Virus record (IMG/VR): IMGVR_UViG_3300018079_000002
Location: 3,768 to 67,767 of that record
Strand: one strand, 5' to 3'
Source: a virus
DNA: 64,000 bases
Position numbers and translations under genes: made by a program
Shown: positions 27,558 through 36,858 of the stretch, piece by piece
Numbering within the stretch: position 1 is the stretch's first letter
Layout: every line of letters starts with the position of its first letter
The notes under the pieces: model-generated
Told to the model about the DNA's origin: nothing
The model's input: only the letters and a program-made list of their open reading frames with translations
Database searches by the model: none

Positions 27558-27671
27558 GCCAGCCCACCCCAGCAGTTTGGACCTGCTGGTGCTATGGAAA
27601 ATCCCCCGTGGGTTTGCACCGCCATGACACCACATCGTAGGGTGCAGCCATAACGGGGTTGGTGGGCCAGC
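27558..27671 (-). ncRNA. Candidate structured non-coding RNA / cis-regulatory element
   Basis: Closing stem GCTGGCCCACC/GGTGGGCTGGC (2 G-U pairs), nested CCCCGT/ACGGGG and TGCACC/GGTGCA stems, hairpin CCAGCAG-GTCCAAA-CTGCTGG; intergenic. Confidence 0.4.
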
Positions 27672-27680
27672 AAAGTCATG

Positions 27681-28769
27681 TTAGTCAGTAGGCGTGTTAT
27701 CGATCTTGAGCCGGTAGAACGCCTTGCTGTAGCGCGTTAAGTCCTCGAACTGCAGCTCCAGCCCTTCCGGCAGCTCGGTGCGCATCACCGTGGTCCAGGT
27801 CACTAGGTCGCGACTGCGCTGCACCAGCACCTTGCGGCTGGCCACCCCGTAATTCAGCCGCACGTTAGGCAGGCCGTTGGGTCTGGCCGGGTCCGGCTCA
27901 AAGCGTATGGGACAATCCTCCGGTGCACAGCGCCGTCCGTTCCTGGCAAAGGACTGGTAGCCACCCCAATAGAAGTCAATGCCGTGCCCGTTGATAATGC
28001 GGTTGAATTCTTCGCCATTGATCAGTGGCAATTCACCGTTGGTCCCCCTGGGCAGGAAGGCATTGTAGGTAATCACCGGCCTGCCGTTGCGATGGGTGCC
28101 ACGCAGGTGCCACAGCATCAGGTCCGCAGGCACCGTTGGTTGTTCGCCACTAAGCCACATGGGCTCCATCAGCATCATGGGGGACGAGGCAGTATCCGTT
28201 TCGTTCGTTTCCACGTCACAATCCTCGCCGCACTCTGGGTCTGAATCGGCTGGCCAGGTTTCCTCCCAGCAATACTCGATGCCACTACCCGAATACGAAG
28301 CAGCCGCATCGTCCGCATTGTTCAATGAGTATACCCCAAACCCAAACTCGTCCGGTGGTGCATTAGTGTTGGCCGGAGCAGGTGGAGTGGGGCCAAAGTT
28401 CTTCTGGCAGAACCGGACGATCTTACAACTGACCACCCCGCCCACTACGATGATCACAATGGCCACGATCAGTGGACCACTGCGCACTTCCGCCTTGGCT
28501 TTAGGTGGGGGTGTCAGTCCAATGCCCAGCAGGGAACAGGCCAGCACCAGCGCCACCAGCTTGTTGCGCGTATCCTTATGCAGAACGAACAACCACAGCA
28601 CCGCTATTGCCGAGAATAAGCCCCAGAAGTATCGGTGCACGGTGCCCGAGCTGGCCAGCACACAGAGCAGCGTCAGTGCCCAGGTGAATCCAATCGCCTT
28701 ATACGGGTGCATCCTGACCCATCCGTCGAATCGTTTTATTGCGTTCATGTTTTTCTTTTGGTTGACCAT
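27681..28769 (-). CDS. Membrane/secreted protein with C-terminal xSxDLxxW...FYR module
   Basis: Several hydrophobic segments in the N-terminal 120 aa, Pro/acidic linker, C-terminal VLVQRSRDLVTWTTV...SKAFYRLKI. Confidence 0.75.
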   Translation of the reverse strand: MVNQKKNMNAIKRFDGWVRMHPYKAIGFTWALTLLCVLASSGTVHRYFWGLFSAIAVLWLFVLHKDTRNKLVALVLACSLLGIGLTPPPKAKAEVRSGPLIVAIVIIVVGGVVSCKIVRFCQKNFGPTPPAPANTNAPPDEFGFGVYSLNNADDAAASYSGSGIEYCWEETWPADSDPECGEDCDVETNETDTASSPMMLMEPMWLSGEQPTVPADLMLWHLRGTHRNGRPVITYNAFLPRGTNGELPLINGEEFNRIINGHGIDFYWGGYQSFARNGRRCAPEDCPIRFEPDPARPNGLPNVRLNYGVASRKVLVQRSRDLVTWTTVMRTELPEGLELQFEDLTRYSKAFYRLKIDNTPTD

Positions 28770-29193
28770 CCATGAGTTTCTTTCCTCTCACCACGGCACG
28801 TTCAGTTCGTCCGGCCATGATAATTTTGATAATCATTCGCGAATCAACCTTGACGCACTGCTTGCGTATCTCCTGGAGCCGCAGCAACGGTATGTCGTAG
28901 TGGTCCCGGTCGAACCAGCCACGGTTGATGCCCAGCGCCTCGGCCATCTGGTGCAGGTTCTCCTTGGAGTAGGGAATGCACACCAGGTGCCGTTGCGCGT
29001 CGCAATAGTAAGTCAGCTCGATCTCCGGCAGCGTGCCTAGGTAGGCGACGAATTCTGCCACGTAGGTTTTGTCCGCAAACAGATGGCCTTCCACGTAACC
29101 CACCAGCCAGGCTTCGATGGTAGCCTTGGCGAACGCCAGCAGCCTTAGCTTTCTTCTTACTTCGTCTTTAGTTAAATAATTTGGCATAAGCAT
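28699..29193 (-). CDS. DUF4031-like protein
   Basis: HLVCIPYSKENLHQMAEALGINRGWFDRDHYDI. Confidence 0.6.
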   Translation of the reverse strand: MLMPNYLTKDEVRRKLRLLAFAKATIEAWLVGYVEGHLFADKTYVAEFVAYLGTLPEIELTYYCDAQRHLVCIPYSKENLHQMAEALGINRGWFDRDHYDIPLLRLQEIRKQCVKVDSRMIIKIIMAGRTERAVVRGKKLMDGQPKEKHERNKTIRRMGQDAPV

Positions 29194-29440
29194 GATTGAT
29201 CATATCGTCTACCGTGGCCGGGATGGCCGGTCCATTCTTACAAAGTCCATGGCAGAGCACCGCCTTGGTTTGCGCGTGCACCACTTCCATGCTCGCCTCG
29301 CCGGTGGTTAGCTCCTCGATCTCAAACACATAGCCCAGAGCAACGATGGCCTTGGCGCGTGCCTCGATCTCGGCAGGCCGGGTAATGAAGGTCGGACGCT
29401 GCCTGCCATTAGGGCGCACGAACTGGGTAAAGGGTATCAC
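29168..29440 (-). CDS. Hypothetical protein
   Basis: 90 aa from GTG (IPFTQFVRPNGRQR). Confidence 0.6.
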   Translation of the reverse strand: MIPFTQFVRPNGRQRPTFITRPAEIEARAKAIVALGYVFEIEELTTGEASMEVVHAQTKAVLCHGLCKNGPAIPATVDDMINHAYAKLFN

Positions 29441-29676
29441 TTGCAAATCTGCTTCACTTCGTGGATGACGATCTTGAGCACGTCCTCGGCTGCGTCCTGG
29501 CCCACCGTCTGCAAGGTCTTCAATCGGCTTTCCCAAAGAGGAAACAGCAGCTTGATATTCTCCTGGCACTCCACCGCCTTATGGCAGCAGTCCCGGCAGA
29601 TGTCCGAGCCATGGGCGAAATACATTTTGTGCCACTGGATAGTGCACTTGATACATAGCTTGTTCCCGTCATTCAT
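29437..29676 (-). CDS. Small zinc-finger protein
   Basis: CIKC...ICRDCC. Confidence 0.55.
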   Translation of the reverse strand: MNDGNKLCIKCTIQWHKMYFAHGSDICRDCCHKAVECQENIKLLFPLWESRLKTLQTVGQDAAEDVLKIVIHEVKQICK

Positions 29677-29984
29677 AGTTGTTCCATTCTTCGTTTTAAT
29701 AATACCAACAGTCTCATTCTCAATGCATCGGTCGAAAGCAGCTCAATGGGCTCTTCGCGCACCAACCCAATCATTGGTTTGTTCTGGGGCTTAAAGTGGT
29801 TCAACAGCTTGAGCACGATCAGCGCCATCATCAGCTTGATCTTCGGGTCATAATAGCTGACCCCGGCTTCACGTGCGGCCTGCACCGCCAGCTCGTTGCC
29901 CTTGTGCCAGTCCCACTGGTGGCGCGAAGCACCAATGGCGAACAGTTCTTCGGTTGGTGTGCCTTTGGTCATCGCATTGGACAA
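29673..29984 (-). CDS. Hypothetical protein
   Basis: 103 aa, in gene chain. Confidence 0.55.
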   Translation of the reverse strand: MSNAMTKGTPTEELFAIGASRHQWDWHKGNELAVQAAREAGVSYYDPKIKLMMALIVLKLLNHFKPQNKPMIGLVREEPIELLSTDALRMRLLVLLKRRMEQL

Positions 29985-30232
29985 TCGTCGTCCACCCCTC
30001 CAATCAATGTCCCAGGGTCATTCTTAGCATCCTTGATCAACCGTGCAATCAGGTCAGGCATCAACGTATTCGGATCAACGTCTTCGCGCAGCAGCACCTT
30101 GGCCCCACAACGAACGCAGGTCCAGGCCCACGCACCGTCCTCACCGCAGGCATACAGCACGTCGAGACTTCGCCTGCGTTCGAAAGCAGGATGGCCCTTC
30201 CAGGCGCACAGCGTTATAGCGAATATATTCAT
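29969..30232 (-). CDS. Small Cys-motif protein
   Basis: 87 aa from MNIFAI; CAWKGH, CVRCG. Confidence 0.5.
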   Translation of the reverse strand: MNIFAITLCAWKGHPAFERRRSLDVLYACGEDGAWAWTCVRCGAKVLLREDVDPNTLMPDLIARLIKDAKNDPGTLIGGVDDDCPMR

Positions 30233-30537
30233 GGCGCCACCCGGTTGATGTAACAATCGTGGCACTCACCCGGCTTCGGCACTTCGCACCGACACCCTGG
30301 GCAATAATGCTTCTCCACCACGGTCGCCTGCTGCACTGGGCCATCCCCCATGACCTTAAGGTTGGCCGCAGTCATGTCCACGTGCAGGGTTACTCGCGCA
30401 AAGTCTTCCTCCGCGTCCAGGATATACTCCAGGCGTTTGACACCCAGCAGCTCCACCCCTGTTTTCGTCTTGATGACGGTGCCCATGCGGGTGCCATCAC
30501 TCTCAATGATCAGATCGTTGTTGAGATTTATCGTCAT
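30229..30537 (-). CDS. Hypothetical protein with C-terminal zinc ribbon
   Basis: 102 aa from MTINLNN; CPGC...CHDC. Confidence 0.6.
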   Translation of the reverse strand: MTINLNNDLIIESDGTRMGTVIKTKTGVELLGVKRLEYILDAEEDFARVTLHVDMTAANLKVMGDGPVQQATVVEKHYCPGCRCEVPKPGECHDCYINRVAP

Positions 30538-30818
30538 TTGATTCCTTTCGCATAGTTGGTTGGATAAGTCAGCACCACGGTCTCGCTCTTCAGACCAGTG
30601 TGCCCCACGGCCTGCACCATGATATAGGTCACTGGCGCAATCGTCTTGACCGTGACCTTGGGCTCCTTGGTGATTTGGAACTGGAGCACCTGATACGGCG
30701 CTGGGCCAGCACCCACAGACCAATAGGCCACGTTGGTGTCTGGCTTCCAGAACAGTGTAAAGGTTTCAGGCTTCTTCGCGCAGCCCACCAGCAGCAGTAG
30801 CAATAATAGTTTCTTCAT
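30534..30818 (-). CDS. Lipoprotein with FN3-like domain
   Basis: MKKLLLLLLLVG-C lipobox; FTLFWKPDTNVAYW...IMVQAVGHTGLKSE. Confidence 0.75.
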   Translation of the reverse strand: MKKLLLLLLLVGCAKKPETFTLFWKPDTNVAYWSVGAGPAPYQVLQFQITKEPKVTVKTIAPVTYIMVQAVGHTGLKSETVVLTYPTNYAKGIK

Positions 30819-31042
30819 ACCTTCTTCCTGATAGGTGGCCAATAGACCACCCAACCCTTACCCATGTGATCAACTTGTGCGTTGCGCAAGCCCAGGGCAC
30901 CGGCTTCCTCCAACGCTTGATTCGCGTCATCGCAGTAAACCGCGCAGCAGGTTTCGCCATACATGCCACGGCCACTGTATTCGTCCTCGAAGCTGCCACC
31001 CACACGCTTGGCAACTTCTTCAATCTTTTCTAATAAACTCAT
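30815..31042 (-). CDS. Conserved small phage protein (YSGRGMYG motif)
   Basis: DEYSGRGMYGETC...DHMGKGWVVYWP. Confidence 0.7.
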   Translation of the reverse strand: MSLLEKIEEVAKRVGGSFEDEYSGRGMYGETCCAVYCDDANQALEEAGALGLRNAQVDHMGKGWVVYWPPIRKKV

Positions 31043-31373
31043 GTTTTATCCGCCAATAGCCCTGTGGCCATACCTGTTCGTAAAACTCGCGCTTGTCCGG
31101 TGAGACCCAGGCGCGCATATCGTTCTGCGTAACAAACTCTTCCTGTTCCTTGGTTAAGCGCGTGACCAGGAAGGTCAGGTCTTGGGGCACCAGCTCCACC
31201 CTATAGCTATAAGCCGAGCCCATGATCTGCTCCAGCGCACGGTCCAGAATGCTCCAACCCGGCCAGCAGTGCTGCTCGATGACGTGCATCCTAGGCAGGT
31301 CGTGCTGATAGAACTTTACCGCGTGCCCAGGAGGCATGCGCTGAAGCGTCTCAACAAGAAAAGGAAAGTTCAT
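31020..31373 (-). CDS. Hypothetical protein
   Basis: 117 aa from MNFPFL (ATGA overlap). Confidence 0.55.
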   Translation of the reverse strand: MNFPFLVETLQRMPPGHAVKFYQHDLPRMHVIEQHCWPGWSILDRALEQIMGSAYSYRVELVPQDLTFLVTRLTKEQEEFVTQNDMRAWVSPDKREFYEQVWPQGYWRIKHEFIRKD

Positions 31374-31687
31374 CGTTGTGGCCTTGGCTCCCGGTGGGCC
31401 AATCCTTTCGTGCGTTCGGCTAGCACCTGCCGAATGGCGCTGCACAGGTTCTTAGTGGTCATGCTGCTGTCCCTGCCGTCCCGGAAAATGGTGCCATAAC
31501 GGGCATCCCACGCCTGGCGCAGATCGTAATTGTGCGCCTCGCCGTATAACCCGTGCGAATAAAAGATTAGCACCAGCTCCATGGCCATCTGGTGGCGCTG
31601 GAGACCGAGCTCCGGGGTCCACAGCAGTTGTTCGGACTGGGGCACGCCCACGTCGATCTCCACTTTTTCGTTTAGGTGGACTTTCAT
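31370..31687 (-). CDS. Hypothetical protein
   Basis: 105 aa, coupled. Confidence 0.55.
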   Translation of the reverse strand: MKVHLNEKVEIDVGVPQSEQLLWTPELGLQRHQMAMELVLIFYSHGLYGEAHNYDLRQAWDARYGTIFRDGRDSSMTTKNLCSAIRQVLAERTKGLAHREPRPQR

Positions 31688-32085
31688 AGCTCTGCGTCCA
31701 GTCTGCGTAGCAGTTCAACTTCCTCGGTGCGCTCACTGACCTTGGGTGCAGGCTTCTCACCAAGAATAAACTCCACGTCAATGACCTGGCCACTCTGCAA
31801 TTCGTCCCAGTGCTCTTCGATGTAGCGGTGGGCATTGCCCCAGGTGCGCTGGTTGTCCCACTCGATTGGGTCCCAATGCGCTTCTTTGACGTAATGAAGG
31901 TTGCCTAGGGTGACTAAGTGCTGTGAGCCTACGCCAAAGCCAGCTCGCCTAAATAGCCAGTCTTCCTGTTCTTGTTTACGTTCAGCAAACGTGCCTTCGT
32001 TGTCAGGCATTGGTTTGTTGCGAAATGCGAACGCAGGTATGAATGTCCCACGGTCGCGCAGCTCGAATAGTTTTAGTTCAATCAT
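31684..32085 (-). CDS. Conserved phage hypothetical protein
   Basis: KLFELRDRGTFIPA...AHRYIEEHWDELQSGQVIDVEFILGE. Confidence 0.7.
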   Translation of the reverse strand: MIELKLFELRDRGTFIPAFAFRNKPMPDNEGTFAERKQEQEDWLFRRAGFGVGSQHLVTLGNLHYVKEAHWDPIEWDNQRTWGNAHRYIEEHWDELQSGQVIDVEFILGEKPAPKVSERTEEVELLRRLDAEL

Positions 32086-32167
32086 AAATAGGAAACCAGG
32101 ACCACCTGGGTGCTTGTGGTTGAGACTCCGAGCAGCACGCTTGGGGTATCAGATGGCCCTGGCAAAT

Positions 32168-32533
32168 TCATTTCTTAGCGCCTTTCTTCTTACGTTGGTC
32201 CAGCTCCGCGTAGTTGGAAGACGGGGTGCTGCCGTCGCCGTCACCGGCCATCCACTCCGCAGCGTGCACCGCAGCCGAGTGGATATTCTCGCGGACTTCC
32301 TCCACGTCCTCCTCGCCGGTGGCATATGGATATTCGTCATATACATCGTCGGTGGTCCAGCGCCTCTCCAGCACATTGATCACCGCCTCGATTGCCTCAT
32401 GGTGATTATCACCGAAGATGCTCGCCTTGAGCACATGCGGTTTCATTTCTTCAAGCTTCTTGATCTCCGCAATGATCTGCGGCGCACTCGGCACCTTGAT
32501 CACCGGTGGTTTTACTTTCTTTTTCTTCGCCAT
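32168..32533 (-). CDS. Hypothetical protein
   Basis: 121 aa, basic N-terminus, acidic core. Confidence 0.6.
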   Translation of the reverse strand: MAKKKKVKPPVIKVPSAPQIIAEIKKLEEMKPHVLKASIFGDNHHEAIEAVINVLERRWTTDDVYDEYPYATGEEDVEEVRENIHSAAVHAAEWMAGDGDGSTPSSNYAELDQRKKKGAKK

Positions 32534-32785
32534 ACTTTTGCCCTTTCTTGATTATCGCGTTGCACTTCGGTCAGCCCCATCTGGCACCAGGTGCAGTAGC
32601 CTTTGTTGCCGTCCGGGTGCACGCACCGGTAAACAAACCAGTGGTTCCACCGCCAGCGGAAGGCATGTATTAGTGGTTTGATCATCGGTTGATAACTTTG
32701 CGCAGCACCCAGGCCATCACAACAATCACCCACGCTAGCAGGGTTAAACCCGCCAGCGCCAACAGTGCATAACCCGTTAATAACA

Positions 32786-33121
32786 TTAGACTCCAATCGT
32801 GTAGTTGGGTGGGTCGTCAGGTTCGGCTGTGGGTTTGGGCTCTTCCCTTGGCTCAGGCAGGAACGGCATGGCCTTTTGCAGCTCGTCATGAAGCTTCTTA
32901 CCCTGCTCCTGAAACTCCTCCAGGTGCCCTTCATCCACAAAGACGAAGCGCAGGCCGTTCGGCGCAAACCGTTCCATGGCTTCCTGCAGGGTCAGCCCTG
33001 CCACCTGGTCCCAAGAGCTACCGCCATGCATTTGTTCCCGTGCCTTGTTCCAGGTTCGCACGAAGTCAGCATGACATAGCGCCACGGCCATTTCGTTCGC
33101 AGTGTTGATTGGTTTATTCAT
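32786..33121 (-). CDS. Hypothetical protein
   Basis: 111 aa from MNKPINT. Confidence 0.55.
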   Translation of the reverse strand: MNKPINTANEMAVALCHADFVRTWNKAREQMHGGSSWDQVAGLTLQEAMERFAPNGLRFVFVDEGHLEEFQEQGKKLHDELQKAMPFLPEPREEPKPTAEPDDPPNYTIGV

Positions 33122-33675
33122 GCGTCGTCCCTTGCGCACTCGTTGGAGCAATAAACGGCCACGTGGTCCGGTGCCAATGGCTTATTACAGGCTTCGCGTT
33201 CGCAGCGCCGTCCCTTCGGATTTTCGGCTGGCACCAGCCAACCCCGTTGCACACAGGTATCGCACCCATGACCACCGCACTCGTGGCACTGCACCGAGTC
33301 AACCGGGAACGGTTTTACTTTGGGTAGATTCATTTGTTTCTTTCTTCGTTTAATTTGTGTGGCCTTGATGATAGTTGCCTCGACCTGCTTGGGGTCATAG
33401 TTCTTGCTATGTGGGTCCGCCGAGTCATACAACGTCAACTTGACCATAATCGAATTCAACTCAGTGTCATTTAGCTCCAGGGCACGTTCGACCAACTCCA
33501 CTAACAGTCGCCGGAAAATGTCCAGTGGAATTCGTAGGATGGCCGTCTCTTTATTGACCATGATCTCCTTGAGCAAGCACGGAGTGTGCACCCGCCACAC
33601 ATTCCAGGCTTGGTCAATAGACTCGTAGATTTCGCGCTTGGTCTTGACGCTAGGTGCTGGTGGTTTACGCTCCAT
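33118..33675 (-). CDS. Hypothetical protein with C-terminal Cys-rich zinc fingers
   Basis: VHTPCLLKEI...LTLYDSADP N-domain; CHECGGHGCDTC and C..C...YCSNEC. Confidence 0.6.
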   Translation of the reverse strand: MERKPPAPSVKTKREIYESIDQAWNVWRVHTPCLLKEIMVNKETAILRIPLDIFRRLLVELVERALELNDTELNSIMVKLTLYDSADPHSKNYDPKQVEATIIKATQIKRRKKQMNLPKVKPFPVDSVQCHECGGHGCDTCVQRGWLVPAENPKGRRCEREACNKPLAPDHVAVYCSNECARDDA

Positions 33676-34009
33676 TCTTCTTGTTATCGTGTCGCACCCG
33701 GCTCGCAATGGCGATACGCAGGGCAGGGGTTGCGGCCTTGATCATCACGTCCGAGAACGGTGACTTGCCGTCTCGGATGTCCCGGCGACTAATGCCATAC
33801 TTGCGGAGGCGATAACTGATTTGCCCCTCGGAGTAACCGGTGTTGCGGCGAATGGCGCTACCATGCAACGCAGCAGCACCGAGCAGCAGCGTGGCGAAGT
33901 CATCGTCATTGCCCAAGGGGTCAACCCGGTTAGGCTTACCCTTCTGGTGGCCAGCCGTGTGTGGTGCCGGTGGCAAGTCCCACACGTAAGCTTTCTTCTT
34001 GCGCGTCAC
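33665..34009 (-). CDS. Putative HTH DNA-binding protein
   Basis: GTG start overlapping upstream stop; HGSAIRRNTGYSEGQISYRLRKYGI. Confidence 0.55.
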   Translation of the reverse strand: MTRKKKAYVWDLPPAPHTAGHQKGKPNRVDPLGNDDDFATLLLGAAALHGSAIRRNTGYSEGQISYRLRKYGISRRDIRDGKSPFSDVMIKAATPALRIAIASRVRHDNKKNGA

Positions 34010-34470
34010 TTGACCCTCCCGGCTAAGGTTAAGGCGCGTTCGATCAACTGCTGCTGCACCTGGGCTTCGCGATTCTCGATAGCCACCGACAGGGTGCCAC
34101 ACTTCGGACAGAAGTGGCTGGTGGCTTGTGGTGCATTGGCAGGCACCGGGTGCGCAGCGAGCTCTACTCCGTCGTATTTGCGCAGGGCGAGCGCAGCTTT
34201 GCGGGTGGATACATATTTCTTGCCTTTTTTTGTAGCCTGTTTCATGACCCAGCCAATACGAGCGAGCGAACGCTTGCGCTCTTCCTCGTTGGACTCATCA
34301 AACTCCAGGGCAACCTTCCACTCCGGGTGTTCTTCCCAAACCTGTTTCCAGTCAATCCGTTTAGGGTAACGGCCTTTACCTTTGTAAAGGTCATTGATCT
34401 GCTTACATATTGGCACTCGTGGGTCTTCTGCGACCACGGCGTCACCGTTTGTTGCGCTGTTTTCTCGCAT
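34006..34470 (-). CDS. Hypothetical protein with zinc ribbon
   Basis: 154 aa from MRENSA; HFCPKCG. Confidence 0.55.
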   Translation of the reverse strand: MRENSATNGDAVVAEDPRVPICKQINDLYKGKGRYPKRIDWKQVWEEHPEWKVALEFDESNEEERKRSLARIGWVMKQATKKGKKYVSTRKAALALRKYDGVELAAHPVPANAPQATSHFCPKCGTLSVAIENREAQVQQQLIERALTLAGRVK

Positions 34471-34669
34471 CTTGTTTCTCCATTTCTGGTTGTTCGCCGG
34501 CAAGCACCGGCTGGTTAGTTGTTACTTTCCCCTCGCACCCGAATTCCCGGCGGAAGCTAGTCATGGCACGGTCTGCGGCCAGTTCCGAGCTGCTGCCCAG
34601 GAAGCGATACCGGCCAATATCCCGGCCAGCCTTAATCTCGATGTAATGCACCTGGTCTTTCATGATCAA
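34442..34669 (-). CDS. Hypothetical protein
   Basis: 75 aa, coupled. Confidence 0.5.
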   Translation of the reverse strand: MIMKDQVHYIEIKAGRDIGRYRFLGSSSELAADRAMTSFRREFGCEGKVTTNQPVLAGEQPEMEKQDARKQRNKR

Positions 34670-35346
34670 CCATACATGCTCGGAAACTCTGCTGACTCCA
34701 CTTCGCTATTAATGCTTTCCAATTCGTCGATAAGCGTTTGGAGCGCGTCCTTCTGTTCCTCAGCCGTTTCCTCTGGCTCCTCCTGGCCCTTTCTTTTCTC
34801 CTGGAAGATGTACACCTGACGGTTGTCCTCGTCATGATATAGCGCGAATTCGTTTGCGTCCTTGGCGTCCTGGAGTGCCTGCACCGCCTGCTGGAGCTGG
34901 TGCAACGCATCGTCTCGCCGGTCAGCTCGGGAGTTTACATTGAGCATTGGGGGCGCATACACCGCCATGCTTTTGGCGAATTCTGGCACGTCTGGTTCGC
35001 TGACGTTCTCGAGCTGGTTAGCGCACTCGTCCAGCATGCTGCCCTTATCCCCATCGCGTAGGCCGTCGGGCAGGTTATCATACCAGCCACGCACTTCCTC
35101 TGCCAGGTTCGCAATTTCCCCGCAGGCACCGCTAATCACGTCATCCAGCCGTGCGGTAAACTTTACTCGCATTAACTTTTCGTATTCCGTCTTGTTCGGC
35201 AAGGGCTTGAGCAGTTCAAACTTCTTGCGGTCTCCCTTACCCGTCCTGGGTAGGCGTTTAACATAAACACCTTCCAGCACCATCGGTGCGTAGGCGTCGA
35301 ACATATTCTTCAGGGCAACAAGCCCCATGACTTTTTTATCACTCAT
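34666..35346 (-). CDS. Hypothetical acidic helical protein
   Basis: 226 aa; LAEEVRGWYDNLPDGLRDG. Confidence 0.65.
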   Translation of the reverse strand: MSDKKVMGLVALKNMFDAYAPMVLEGVYVKRLPRTGKGDRKKFELLKPLPNKTEYEKLMRVKFTARLDDVISGACGEIANLAEEVRGWYDNLPDGLRDGDKGSMLDECANQLENVSEPDVPEFAKSMAVYAPPMLNVNSRADRRDDALHQLQQAVQALQDAKDANEFALYHDEDNRQVYIFQEKRKGQEEPEETAEEQKDALQTLIDELESINSEVESAEFPSMYG

Positions 35347-35711
35347 TTGATTCTAAACTTCGTTTTTAGGTGGTCGATCAGCTCCCAGGCTCCCCGAAAC
35401 TTCTTCGTTACTGGCTTGACGGTGTCCTTGACCTTCTTGCGCCAGTAGGGCTTACCCTCGCACTCCAGCTCGATGTTGGTGGGCGTCCAGATGCAAACCA
35501 TGGCGTTGAATTTGTTCTGTATACCGAAGGTAACGGTGCGGCCAAAGCCACCCCTGGGTGCCTCCAGCATCTTGACGATGGTGCCGTATTCCGCGTTGAA
35601 GGTGTCCTGGTGCTCCCAGAGAAACTTGATTATCTCCTCGTGCACCAGCTCACGCTGGCTCTTCGCTTGGCCCAACACGGTGGGCACCGGCAATATAACC
35701 GCCTTAGGCAA
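35343..35711 (-). CDS. Hypothetical protein
   Basis: 122 aa, coupled. Confidence 0.55.
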   Translation of the reverse strand: MPKAVILPVPTVLGQAKSQRELVHEEIIKFLWEHQDTFNAEYGTIVKMLEAPRGGFGRTVTFGIQNKFNAMVCIWTPTNIELECEGKPYWRKKVKDTVKPVTKKFRGAWELIDHLKTKFRIK

Positions 35712-36468
35712 TGGCTCCTTTCTTGGCTTTCTCCACCGGTGCGGTCATCCCCGGACGCACCTGGATGGCTTTACCTTTCTCCACGCCTTCGTCATAGGCT
35801 TCCTGGTTCCACCCGGCCTGTGGGATGTCGTCGCCTTCAGTCATGTCCGGGTGCTTCTCTTCCAGGAACCGTTTGCGCTGGGCCAGCTTATTGCTAATGA
35901 CCATCAGCGCACGTTCCTGGCACTGTGCGGCCTTCTCCGCGTTCAGCCGGTCCAGGACGCCTTTGACCAGCCCCAGCATAAAGGAATGGCGTGCCTGATA
36001 ACCCTCGGGAAACTTGGTGGGGTAACGGCCACTGCGCCGTGCCTCGTTCCACAGGTCGCGAAATTGGCGAATCAGGTAATCGAAAATGTATTTCGCAATG
36101 GCCTTATCCGTATCGGTGCCCACCACCTTGACTTCGTGGCGTGACTTATTGGCGCCGAAGAAACGGACGGGCAGCTTCCGGCTATGGTAGTAAACCGAGA
36201 CGTTGAAAAACTTCTGTATGACCAGCGCAGCGAACTTGACTTCGTTGTTGATGCGCACGCTTTGCAGGAAGGTGCTTTCGTTGACTTCAAACTCCTCGGC
36301 GAACGGGTCGATGGACGCCAGGTCGAGCTGATACTTCAGGGCAAGGCGCTGGGCCAGCGCCATGGCTGACTCCATTTCTTCTTGCGTAGTGTTGGCGGAC
36401 GGGTCCGCCTTTCGTAACAGGGCTTTTAACTTCCTGACGATATCGTCTTTATTTTTATCTGCGCTCAT
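35704..36468 (-). CDS. DUF2786 domain protein
   Basis: IVRKLKALLRKA...EEMESAMALAQRLALKYQLD; later SFMLGLVKGV and AYDEGVEKG. Confidence 0.85.
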   Translation of the reverse strand: MSADKNKDDIVRKLKALLRKADPSANTTQEEMESAMALAQRLALKYQLDLASIDPFAEEFEVNESTFLQSVRINNEVKFAALVIQKFFNVSVYYHSRKLPVRFFGANKSRHEVKVVGTDTDKAIAKYIFDYLIRQFRDLWNEARRSGRYPTKFPEGYQARHSFMLGLVKGVLDRLNAEKAAQCQERALMVISNKLAQRKRFLEEKHPDMTEGDDIPQAGWNQEAYDEGVEKGKAIQVRPGMTAPVEKAKKGAIA

Positions 36469-36491
36469 ACCTGGCTCGTAGTCTCAGTTGT

Positions 36492-36520
36492 CTTTTATGA
36501 TTTCTAAGTAAAAAAGGCAA
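36492..36520 (-). promoter_or_regulatory. Putative sigma70-type promoter
   Basis: TTGCCT-TTTTTAC..N17-TAAAAG; shares TTGCCTTTTT(T)AC with 51265..51292 and 61986..62014. Confidence 0.55.
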
Positions 36521-36534
36521 GTGCCAATTTGCGG

Positions 36535-36858
36535 TTAAATTTCAGAGCATTCAAACCCAAACCGTTGCATGACCAGCTCCACCGGCAGCGAAGACTCGCT
36601 GAACGCATTCAGCAGGCCGTCCGCCACCATGCGCATCTGCTCCACGTGGGTGCCTTCCAGCACCAAGTAGTATTGGCGGCTTTCGTCATCGAGCTCCACC
36701 AGAATTTCCATCCGGTCGTTGTCCACGATCACCACGCACCCTTCGTGCTGGCACACGGTAACATCGTCGCAGAGCAGGGCAGCGTCAGACGCACCACCGA
36801 ATATTTCGCGCTCGTCTTTGTCCAGCGCGTGCCAGTTAAGACCTTTGCCGAGACTCAT
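36535..36858 (-). CDS. Hypothetical acidic protein
   Basis: 107 aa from MSLGKG. Confidence 0.6.
   Translation of the reverse strand: MSLGKGLNWHALDKDEREIFGGASDAALLCDDVTVCQHEGCVVIVDNDRMEILVELDDESRQYYLVLEGTHVEQMRMVADGLLNAFSESSLPVELVMQRFGFECSEI

Noticed and set aside
27558-27671. tRNA gene
   Set aside because: The loop GTCCAAA is not a TTCRA T-loop, and there is no D-arm/anticodon cloverleaf or CCA end
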